Source: Glycera tridactyla
Lineage: Eukaryota
Length of the DNA stretch: 64,000 bases
Assembly: GCA_965644265.1 (NCBI GenBank)
Contig: OZ286465.1
Location: forward strand, 34,286,001 to 34,350,000
Direction: 5' to 3'
The notes below the pieces were generated by a model that searched no databases, was not told where the DNA came from, and worked only from the letters and a program-made list of their open reading frames with translations. Numbering within the stretch: the stretch's first letter is position 1; every line of letters starts with the position of its first letter. The position numbers and the translations under genes were made by a program. This document shows, piece after piece, positions 1-10,463 of this stretch.

Positions 1-41
1 TAGATCTATATGAGACTGGATATGGGGGTTGTGAGCCCTTA

Positions 42-2030
42 TTATTTAGTTCTCGGCTCGGTGGTCTTCCCTGTCTTCCGATAAAATCTCCACTGTTGGC
101 AATTGCGTTCCAATGGTGATCTATCCTTGTTGTTCAGGCCATGTGGCAACATGGTTCTTAGTCTGTGTATCCAGTTAAACTCGATCTGGTGTCCCAGTGT
201 TATCCCATGGTCACTTTTTGGGTGAATATAAACAAAGTCTAGGATATGGATTTTCATGTCCTTAAGACCAAGAGGGCCGGGAAAGACATCTGCTGACATC
301 TTCTTTGCCCCTGCCTATCACCCCTGAGAGAGCACCAAATCTTTCATGTAGGCTATTGCCTGTCTGTCCTACATATTGTTTTAGACAGATCTTACATGTG
401 ATGCAATGAATAATGTTACTGCTTTGACATGCAATGTTGCATTTAGCCTCATATTCCCTGGAGTTCAAAGTGCTCTTTATTCTCCCTAACTTGTTCAGAA
501 GAGCGCAAAATTTGCACTTCAAATTCCAGCATCTGTTTTTTTATTTGTTGCAGGACCTGAAAGATGTACTTGCTTTGACAGGAGGAATTTTGGCCCTAAC
601 GAGCATATCACTCAGGTTGGGTGGTCTCCTGTACCCCATAATGATTTTGTATTCGCTCAAGATCTTTGTGGAGGCTGAACGCGTCAAGAGTTCCCAACTT
701 GTCATGATAATAGGCCTATTCAACTGGTAGGTTTTGTTGAGTACGGCCAGTCCGTTGACTACGTTCTGTATTCGGGTGGTTGCCTAACGATTTTCCATTG
801 TGTACAATCTCAATGGCTGTTTGACTGCGTTGAACTCGTTAAATGAAACCTATTCGGCTGGGCTACGATCGTTGAGTGCATTTCCGTCAACACACTTTCA
901 ACGAAACCGACCAGACGAATAGGCCTAATGTTCTTCAGGTCATTATTGCCTGGTTGGTATGTAGTGATCAAGAAAAGGTTGTCATCTGATGTCACCTTCT
1001 CGGGAACAGTGTTCTCAATCTTTGCCTGTCGCGTTTCCAATAAAGTCTTTCTGTCATGCTGTGAAGCATTCAAGAAGGCTTCCTGGATTAGAGCTAGAGG
1101 ATAGCCGCTTTGTAGAAAATGACAGATCAAGATCAGGCTATGTTTGAAAAAGTCCGATCTGTACCTCAATCTATTCTACTGTAGCGATTGGCTATATGGA
1201 AAGCTCTTTTTGCAATGGAAGGGATGGGCCGAGTTGAAGTGCAGGCAGGTGTGACTGTCCAGTGGTTTGCAATACAAGTCAGTCCATAACCTGCCATCTT
1301 CTACCGTGTGGAGTGTGGTATCCAGGAAGTTTACTTTGGATTCTGAGGATTCCAATGTGAACTTAGTTGAATTGTGGCAGTCGTTTGCGTATTCTACAAA
1401 CTTCTGAAACTCTTGGGTACCATGAGTCCGCACGAGGATGATGTCATCTTGGAAACATCTGTAGAAGATGGATTGTTTCTCATAGTTATATACGAAGCGT
1501 TCCTCATGATCTGCCATGAATATATTGGTCAGACTTGGGGCAACTCTGTTACACCTACTTGCAAGAAGTTTTCTTCATTGAATTGAAAATTGTCACAATT
1601 CAACTTTAGATCAAGTAGCTTGCAGAGGGATTCATTCCTGGATAGAGAGTTGCTTCCTCGATGTCCGACACTGGCTATTCCTTCATTCGTGGGGATATTC
1701 GTGTAGAGGCTTGTGACATCGAGTGTGACCAGAATGCTATTGCATGGCATGGTTCTGAGCCCAGTTCCTCTATCTCTATGAGAAAGTGGCTTGTGTCCTT
1801 CAAATACGATCTGATTTTCGTCATATTCGGTTCAAAAAAAAAATCTACAAACTCTGATATCTTTTCTATAGGACACTCGTTTGCCAATAGAGTTGGTCTG
1901 CCTGGGGGTCTATCTTCTTCTTGGGTATTTTAGGGAGCAGATAGAACTGTGCTGTTCTTGGTTGATCATGTACCAAGAACTTCGCAGTCCGTCCACTTAG
2001 TTCACCCTTCAATACCAAGTTTTGGATGAG
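42..2030 (-). pseudogene. PLE reverse transcriptase + GIY-YIG endonuclease, frameshifted
   Basis: ORFs 42-299, 262-522, 541-723, 810-1169, 1176-1517, 1529-1750 and 1675-1887 are consecutive pieces of one RT-EN protein broken by stops and frameshifts. Confidence 0.92.
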
Positions 2031-3046
2031 GTGGGACAAAATGTTAAACCTCGCTCTAGAAGTGAGACTTGATGTTCCGATAGAGTGATGCTTGACAAAT
2101 CAAACACAGCATTTGAGTCTGTATTCAACTATGGGATAACATTCTTCAGAGTATCATGAAATAAATTCTGAAACAATGATAAACACAATTCATATAATGA
2201 ACCTGGATTGTATATTCTGTCATCCTCACTGTTGTTACTGTTGTTACAGTTGAAATTCAAATAGTCCATTTTGAAATCAAAAGGGTCTGTGTTAGCTGGT
2301 GAGAAACTGGCTTGCAGAGAACAAACTGGAAAACACAACTTATTCGCAAGAGCCATCAGTTCCTTCGGCAAATTTGGGTCATGTGGGAATGGGAGGTGGT
2401 CGATTGAAGAGCTTCCTACTGTTTGGTGATTGAAAAATTCTTAAAAGCAATAAGGACAGCCTCCGAAAGGCATGAGGCCAACTGGCATGTGGAGTCGCCT
2501 TTGGTCTCCTGTTCTTTGTTTGCCGTCTTCTTCGGCTTCCTCTTCTTTTTCTCTTTTGGTGGTTCTGATTATTCCGTTTGCTGCTCCTCTGTCGGTGCTG
2601 TCGACGCGGATTCTAATCTCGGTTTGTTCTCGTGGATAACAAGAGAGATCCCTTGTTGAAAAACCTGTGCTGACGAGTCAGTTTTGGCTTGCTTGCTCTG
2701 TCCTCTCAGTGGTGCTGTCGTCAATATGGACTGCTCCTGGTTCTTCGGTTCCTTTTGGTTTTCCTTTTGTTCTTTCTCTCTTTGCTAGATTTTTTCATGT
2801 CACGTGGCGGGTCAGCTTTGCTATCAGTATTTGCTTCATCTTTTAGGGATGATGCTTTCCCGGCTGCTTTGAGATCCTGACTGCTTTAAGATCCTTCCCA
2901 CGTTCCCTGAGTTTGCAACCTTGACTCAAAGTGTTAGTCCTGTTCTTTCGGCGTTTTTTCTCCTGGGCAAGTTTGGTTTTTTCATCTTCACTCAGGCTAT
3001 CATGGAATACAAGAGGGCATGTGTCATCACGTTGAATCTGGGATAG

Positions 3047-3529
3047 TTAGAGGCCTACAGATAGACTTCCTGAGCGGTGTCTGGTTTCTTGGCATTGGAG
3101 GGCTTTCTTTCGTCTCGAGACAGCTTGATGCACATGTTTGGTGATCAGGCTCTCACAGCCGTTTATGTTGCCCCCTTCTGTCTCAACGGTTTCGGCTAGA
3201 ATGCTCATGGATGTCTCTGCTGTCTCCCCATGCTCTCTGGCTTCGTCCACAAGCCAAGAAGAGACTTCTGCCATTGCCTCTTTGGCATGGCGCTTCTTGA
3301 GTTTGAAGAATTTATTTTTAAAGTCCTCCTTGTCCATGAGCCATTGGGGCAATTTCTCCAGACCAAAAGCATATGGAGGCACTACATCTTCTTCTGTCAT
3401 TTGTGCTAGGTGCCTCGCTAATTCTCTGTTTGTTCCATGCTGAGTCAGTTCCTGGCATGCCTGTCGAAATGGAGGTGTAGCCTGTTCAGGTATCCTCACT
3501 TCCCTTGTTTCCTCCTGACAAAAAATCAA
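3047..3529 (-). pseudogene. PLE N-terminal (pre-RT) helical domain fragment
   Basis: Lies upstream of the RT on the same strand; RHLAQMTEEDVVPPYAFGL...W...F resembles the N-terminal region of PLE ORFs. Absent from copy B. Confidence 0.55.
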
Positions 3530-3941
3530 GATCAGGGGTTGAATCTAGATCAGTGATATCATCAAATGCCAGAGGATCTCTATGGTATTCGAGATACAAT
3601 TCAAATCCTCTACAGTAGCTAAACTATTTGTTTCAGTTTCCTCAGTGGTTCCGGGTTGTGCATTTTGGTCGTTTACATTGATATTTCTCCTCCCAATTGG
3701 TTTGTCAGATAGTTCTGGCTATCAGGGTCGAGTGTGGTACCCATTTTGACTTTCCGAGTCAGTCCCTTCCTCATCAAATAGGTTTTGGGTGGACTCGCTG
3801 TTAACAGGTCACAGAGTCATCCCTTCCCCTTTTGCTGGTTTCATTGTTACGCTTTCCTCTTTCTTGGCGTCATTTGAAAGATATCTCTTTCTCATGATCA
3901 TGGTCACTGATGAGTCACTGTCTGAAACTCCACTCCCAGAG

Positions 3942-4724
3942 TCACTGATGTTTGACTTGAGCTTCCTGTGGTCTTGTTGTCTCTGTTGGTGATGTTGAGG
4001 GGAAGAAATATCTACTTGAAGGCGAATCTGTAACTGACGACATGGCAGTAATACGTTTCTTACTCTTTGCCTGCTTATCGCTGCTAGAGTTTGAATCACT
4101 TTTGTTGCAGTTGAGGTTAGATTTGGATCCGGATTCAGACATATCCTTACTTCCAGCATTGTTATTCATGTTCAAATCTCCTGATTTGACTCCAGGAGTT
4201 ATTTCTGCATAGCTTAGTTGGTGGTATGGGGTGGTGTCGTGTATATTTCCCCCTTTTGGGGTGTGCACTGCAATCTCTGATTGATTCTTACTCAAAATCT
4301 GCTTAGCTTTGGTTAAGACGGTGTATTTCTGACGCACATAGGCAGGTATCAGAGTTGGATTCGACAAGAAATGTTGTTTCCGTGCAGGGCGGTATGTTTT
4401 GGACCTTGCAGCAAAGGCCGCATTTTGATGGGTTTTTGATTTCCACGACTGCCGGTAATCGGCGGTATTCCTTTGATGATCGGCGGATTCCGCATTTTGA
4501 TGCGATGTCCGTTGCGTAGTGCTCTTCACATCCGTGACATTCAAACCAACATTCGCATGGGATCGTTGGATGCCAATTTGCCTACTGAAGGCTCTCAGGG
4601 TGTTTGAAACAGAGCCAGTAGGAGTGGAAATTGAGAAACTGAAGCTCGGTGCATTTTTAAACACTCGAGTTAGTTTTCCAGGATCCCCAACAACACTATT
4701 CATTTTCAAAGGAGTAGAACTCAC
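3942..4724 (-). CDS. Ser/Lys-rich low-complexity ORF at the 5' end of PLE copy A (260 aa)
   Basis: Open for 260 codons; homologous to 32348-32830 in copy B. No recognisable domain. Confidence 0.45.
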   Translation of the reverse strand: MSSTPLKMNSVVGDPGKLTRVFKNAPSFSFSISTPTGSVSNTLRAFSRQIGIQRSHANVGLNVTDVKSTTQRTSHQNAESADHQRNTADYRQSWKSKTHQNAAFAARSKTYRPARKQHFLSNPTLIPAYVRQKYTVLTKAKQILSKNQSEIAVHTPKGGNIHDTTPYHQLSYAEITPGVKSGDLNMNNNAGSKDMSESGSKSNLNCNKSDSNSSSDKQAKSKKRITAMSSVTDSPSSRYFFPSTSPTETTRPQEAQVKHQ

Positions 4725-5284
4725 CGAGTGAGAGCGTTTTGTGGCCTTTTTTCGGCTGCTTCTCGGAATTATCTGTGGGTGCAGACGAGCTTTTATTTAG
4801 CTTTGTTTTGGGGCGGACGCCACCAAATGAGTTGGGACACTCGTCAAATAATATGTATATATGATCTTTCATTGCTTGTTTACCAATGGAATTGACACGT
4901 GTTTAGTGATTGGATCAAAATTACTTGCTCCTCTATATGTCCATCTTAGGAAGGTCTTTGATCACTTTTTTAACGGTCTGACTAACTGAAAACTGTGCAT
5001 CTAATCTATTTGCAGTGTGTTATCATTAAAGTAGTGATCTCTAGCCATTCATCAAATTCTGAACATGAGTTCGCGATATTTATTTTGAAACACCTCTCCC
5101 TGCCTGTGTGTGTAACATCACTAGCTTGACTCTATGAATGAATAACCTACATCGATGCAGGGCTGGTCAACTGCCACAAGAGTGTTTACTCAAATAGTCA
5201 GAGGATGGGTTTGATCACCTGCCAATTCTGAAGAGCAGCAGCAGCAGTACATGACCTTCCATTGACTGGATACACACATGGAGG

Positions 5285-6600
5285 AGCAAAAATTGCTATT
5301 GGCTATGAGTCTACTGAGTAAACCTCTGGTCATCTAAACAGCATATGCTTGTATATGCATGAGAGCAGGAAGGCAACCATGTTTGCGAATTCCAGACATC
5401 GTTATTATGGATCGGATTATGTGAGAGTTGCGGCCGAACACCGCTATCGAAGTCTGGAAGGTGTTGTTTATTACTGCTACTACATGACAAGCGTATCTTT
5501 CTCAGTACATCTTCAATCATACCATATAATCCACTTGATGTATCTGATAAAATGTGTTTTCACTATTTTTGACGTTTGGTCGTCATGGAAACCCTCTGTA
5601 CGAATGGCTTCCTTTAATATTTTCAGGTTATTGCCTGAATGACAGTTCCTGATGTTTTCTTGAGAATTATTGTCTTTCGCTATATGAAATGAATAAGATC
5701 ACATAACTATCCCTGCAGAGGAAAAAGAGAACTAGTTTCGTACTTGTCTAAATCCAACATTGTCCAGCGCTGTTTGCAAATGACAAAAAACTATCTCAAT
5801 ATGTTAATTTTCAGGAGAATGGATACCACACCACATCTACTAACAGTGAATTACCACGATTAAAGAGATCTTAAGAGATAGCAATGTCATTTATCGTAAC
5901 TAGATGTAATTGACAGGCGGTGTTCATGAATGTAATGTCAGAGTAGTAAGGGGAGATGAATTTGTATTCATTTCACTGAATAAATCATTATGAAGCCTTA
6001 TTGAAACCTAATCTCAACTGTGTTGAAAGCAATTTTTTCCCACGAGCTGTCCGTTATTGAAACTCTCTAGATAGCAGTTTAAAAGAGATACAAGATTTAC
6101 ATATCTTTAAAAGGTGCAACTTTCCTTTTTTCGTAAATATTTCCAGGGTTATTTATCAACCACTAGCAATGTTCCTAGATGTCATTTACTGAGTCGGTTA
6201 ACTCCATCTGATCATCATTTTTTATCTGCATATTATGTTGACTTAGCCAGTCAGAATTATAACATGTTAAATGAGGCTTCAAGTACTGTTATCCTCAAAT
6301 GGATCTATAATGCATGTAAGAAACGGTTCTTGCTATTCTAATTGGTAGACTGCTATGTCTTGACGCACGTAGACAGATGAGAGACTGGCCTCTGCCTTAT
6401 ACATCTATATTTTACCATGACTCTTTCGAACTTGTAGAGACGATCTGTTGACCACTGAGCGATCTTGCATTCATGTGGTCTGTCCTTCATGTTCATGTAC
6501 AGGCATTGCAACATGTATCTAGATCGCATACTGTAAGCATCATCCGATAGTCTACTTGGTTGCTTGTGACTACAGTGTTCTGATACATATGTATATAGAT
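5285..6600. repeat. Upstream segment 1 of the duplicated composite block (copy A)
   Basis: agcaaaaattgctattggctatgag... matches 33574 onward. Copy A has extra sequence at about 5640-6290 that is missing from copy B. Confidence 0.85.
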
Positions 6601-6740
6601 TTTTCTTTCTTTTTTTTCTCATAGGGAATTTGAAATTAAGAGGGATAGCTGTGGGCAACCCTCTGTACCTATATCGATATTTGAACATTTTGCCACATTT
6701 TGTGTCAAAATTAGTAAAATAGAGGACTAAAATTTAGGCG

Positions 6741-6768
6741 CTGATGAGTACCACATTGACGAAACTCG
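6741..6768 (+). ncRNA. Hammerhead-ribozyme core-like motif
   Basis: CTGATGA-gtaccacattgac-GAAAC-tcg; stem II is weak and stems I/III are not resolvable. Lies just 5' of a Penelope fragment. Confidence 0.4.
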
Positions 6769-7139
6769 GAATCATCACTACAAGCACCCAATAGTGCAAT
6801 ATTTAGTGTGTAGAAGAGGAGAAACGGGCCAGAGGGCACTGTTCTCATCTTATACAAGCATTGGACAGTATTTCACTAGATTGGCACCAGGTGCAGCCAC
6901 TATGCACTAGCGCCACCTAGTGGACGTAACCAACGCGATGACGTCACGCATTTCGGTTGAATACAGAACCGTCATTCCGAGTCTGCCTAGCAAGTTGAAC
7001 GGACGTGTTCGCCACGTCTACACTATATATATATATTATGTCAGACGTGGCAAAGCACACCTGTCCCCATTGCCGGTAAGACCGAGACTAGTTGAAAAAA
7101 CAACAACCGCCGTCAGTGACGTCACTGAGCGCATTCGCT

Positions 7140-8743
7140 GTTGTTGTTAATAAGGTGGAACCAGGATGCCTACTAGTCACCATGGACGTCACAAGTCTGT
7201 ATACCGACATCCCAACGGATGAAGGTATCCAGAGCATCGGTAAAATACTGAATAAATTCAGAAGAACATCATGTGGACCGAAGAATGAGAACTTCTCAAA
7301 ACTACTGGAATTGACTGAAATGCAACAATTTTCAGTTCAATGATGTTAATTATTTGCAGGTAGGGGGCACAGCCATGGGCACTAAAATAGCACCTAGCTT
7401 TGCCAATTTATTCATGGCAGATTTTGAAGATCGACATGTCTATAAATACCCTCTGCAACCATTATTCTGGAAACGCTACATTGATGACTGCATTTGTGTC
7501 TGGCAACATGGCAGAAAAGAGCTTGATAACTTCATTTTACATCTCAACAATTGCCACGACACCATCAAATTCACGGCCGAGATTTCTGCCACCCATATCC
7601 ATTTCCGAAACACCACACTCCATATGAATATTGAAGGCAGTCTCTGGACTGACATGTTCTGCAAACCGACAGACAGTCATGATCACCTTCACTACAGCTC
7701 AGCTCACCCTAGACACTGCAAGTCAAGCTTGCAATACAGTCAGTTCCTGCGGGTGAGACGCATCTGTCGGTTTGACAGAGACTTCCTCCGAAATTCTATA
7801 ATGTTGTTCTGGCATTTTAGAAGGAGGGGATATCAGCAAAGGTCACTTCTGGAAAGCCTGATAAAAGCTGGGGTTCAATACAGAGACAAAATCCTTGCGT
7901 GCTCTCCAACTAAATTAAAGACACAAGAAATCTGTTTGTGATCACCACTTTTGTCCCAGGCTTCAACGAAGTCAGGAACATCACTTCAGAAAATTGGGAC
8001 CTCTTAAAACGCTCAGCCGGACCGAAAGTCCTGGCTGAGAACAGGAGACCAAAAAATCTCAGAGATCTCCTAGTCAGAGCAAGAATACCCCAAGACACTG
8101 AAACTACGACAACCAGACACCCGCTGTGTAAATCAACCAATATTTGCAAAAACAGGAAATGCATATATTGTCCCCTACTAAATTTGACAGGTCGAATCAA
8201 GAGCACACACACGGGTCGAGAATATGAATCACTCAAATACGTAACATGCAAGAGTGGGAACTTAATATACTGCATTACTTGCAAGGTGTGTTCAAAACAG
8301 TATGTGGGCCAGACTGGTGATAGAATCCAGGACAGGTTCCAAGCCCATGTAGGAGCAATCAAACGCAAGAACCTGAAGGAGGATGTTAGTAGACACTTCA
8401 ATCAGGAGGGACACTCAGGTTTTCAAGACATGAGTATAACAGTGGTTGACTTCATTTACTGCCACCCAAAAAGCAGCTACGCACTGGGTCTGAGATTCCA
8501 AATTGAATTTGATTGGATACAAAGGATCAGAACTATGCTGCCGACGGGACTGAATACTAAGGACAGAACTCCTACCACGAACAACAGTAGGAACTGGAGG
8601 CATTACAAGGAAAGGACTAAACTGAAAAACACTCAATCCCTAGAATACCTCCCAGCGACCCCACTCTGAACTCAGGGATTCCATTCAATCTCAGTGCTGG
8701 TCCCACTGCATGCCACATTCTTGGTGTTTGCCACGTCACTTTT

Positions 8744-8745
<2 letters not shown>
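7140..8745 (+). mobile_element. Second Neptune-type Penelope-like element, 5'-truncated, different family
   Basis: LVTMDVTSLYTDIP; QVGGTAMGTKIAPSFANLFM; WKRYIDDC; FCKPTDSH; CKNRKCIYC linker; NLIYCITCKVCSKQYVGQT...RFQAH...VSRHF; EFDWIQRIRTMLPTGLN. Split over ORFs 7092-7343, 7354-7941 and 7938-8669; ends in (TA)n. Confidence 0.93.

Positions 8746-8774
<29 letters not shown>
8745..8774. repeat. (TA)n microsatellite at the PLE insertion junction
   Basis: Directly visible; the equivalent site in copy B is an uninterrupted (TA)n(GA)n at 34215-34281. Confidence 0.9.
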
Positions 8775-9620
8775 AGACAAATGAGGAAATCCCTAAATTG
8801 GGAGACTCTGCACTGAACCATCTTGCTTTTATATGGTTCTTTCTCTATTGTGCGTAGATTGTCCAAGAGTTGCTCTGCTGATTTGTTAAGTATATGTTGT
8901 TCTATAATTAGACGTAATCCCCATCTCTTTCGTTTTTCTTATCTTTCATCTTTCTCTTTGTATCGCGTACAGTTTCTCCTCCGATATTGTACTCCAATGT
9001 TTCTTGAGTTAAGATGGGGCAAGATAGATAAATTAAGTCACTACTTCCTTTCATCCGACGAACAAAAAATATAGTTATAGGTTTTGGATAATGTCCCAGT
9101 ACTGCCAGTTTGAGAGTTCATTTCCAAAGTAAATATCACCGATATGTACTCACAATGAACAACAGATATATTGACATATTCTGGGTGATGTCCCAGTACT
9201 ACCAATATTACAGACTTCATTTCCCAAGTAAATATTACCGATATGTACTCATTGGATAAGGAAGCGAGTATCAGACCCGGCAGTCCTGCCAGCATCAACG
9301 TCCTGCCTCCCATCACTGCAATCCACTGCGAAGTGTGAACATACAATGGCAGTGCAAGCATACCCTCAGATGGTACTCACGTTACATAGGGCCCGTTCAC
9401 TAACTTGACAGGTACATCCACTCAAATGGGGCAAGTACCCTCGATTTCCATGTTTTTTTGTTCTGACAAATCCGTGGTAATTAAAAGCATCAACGTCCTT
9501 TTGACTGCACCTGCCAACTTAGTGAAAATGATCACTGGATGACTATGTGTGTGATAGAGACCCCTAGATGGAGCCATGGCAGTTGGAATACTCTGTGGTC
9601 ATCTGTCGAAAGTGTAGAAA
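8775..9620. repeat. Upstream segment 2 of the duplicated composite block (copy A), including a ~108-bp internal tandem duplication
   Basis: gacaaatgaggaaatccctaaattggg... to ...gtcgaaagtgtagaaaaa matches 34280-35128 at about 90% by eye. Internal repeat atgtcccagtact...gatatgtactca occurs twice at about 9090-9250. Confidence 0.88.
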
Positions 9621-10463
9621 AACTATAGCAGGAACCACTACTCTACTGATTAAAGTTTGTTGTTTGTTTGTTTTGTTGGGGTTTAACGTAATGCCATCTC
9701 TATCTGTACTGTACTGTGATTCCCTTTCGTTCCCTGATGAAAGTCGAGATATTATGAAATTCACGTACACTGAAGGAGTAATTCCTGACTCTCATGACCT
9801 CAGAATTCTTGTCATTGTCAAACAAGTTGTCGCTCTGATGAAGTCATGTGAAGGGAGCATGCACTTAAGCTTTTCAAGCCATTGCATAAAAACTTCCCCC
9901 TCCCCCCGAATTATTCACATCAAATTGGATGTGTATCTCAAGCGGTCATATAATCTCGACCTCTGGACCACATAATCTACAACCTTAGGTGTGCAAAACC
10001 ATCTCATTAGGATGGAGATTGGTTTCCACTGTCTGAAAGTACTGCCACCACTACTCTTTGAAATTGTCACTGCTACTGTTTTTGCCCTCCGAAGGTTGGC
10101 ATCTATGTATGATAATATGAATAATTCGATGTGTGGAATGTTGCTGTGTGTCTCATGTGTACCAGAGCTAGAGAACGATGCTGGTCATATACCAGGCAGT
10201 CAAATGGCGATTACACTGGGCAATTATGCAATATACAAGCTGATATTTCACACATGAACGAGGGGGAAAATCTTACGGGATTATTTGGAGAGTGGGCGAA
10301 GCTTTTGTTATGAAACCTCACTCAGCAATGAATGCTCCCATAATGTATGAAGCAGATCATAGTAGAACAAAGGTTGGGGGTCTCAATTGTTCTCCTATGA
10401 TCCGATAACCTGATCATGGCACACATATGCTAGGCTGCTGCTGAGCTGTGACGGGTGGCTGCT

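Larger units (their letters stand above)
1..4740 (-). mobile_element. Penelope-like retroelement (Neptune-type), copy A, decayed; runs off the left edge of the window
   Basis: Fragmented minus-strand ORFs give the PLE order: N-terminal ORF region, RT (LVTLDVTSLYTNIP; FQFNEENFLQVGG; YRCFQDDI; VNFLDT; LYCKPLDSH), Cys-rich linker (CKFCALL), GIY-YIG (NIIHCITCKICLKQYVGQTG...ERF; EFNWIHRLRTMLPHGLN). About 88-90% identical by eye to 29742-32960. Confidence 0.92.
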
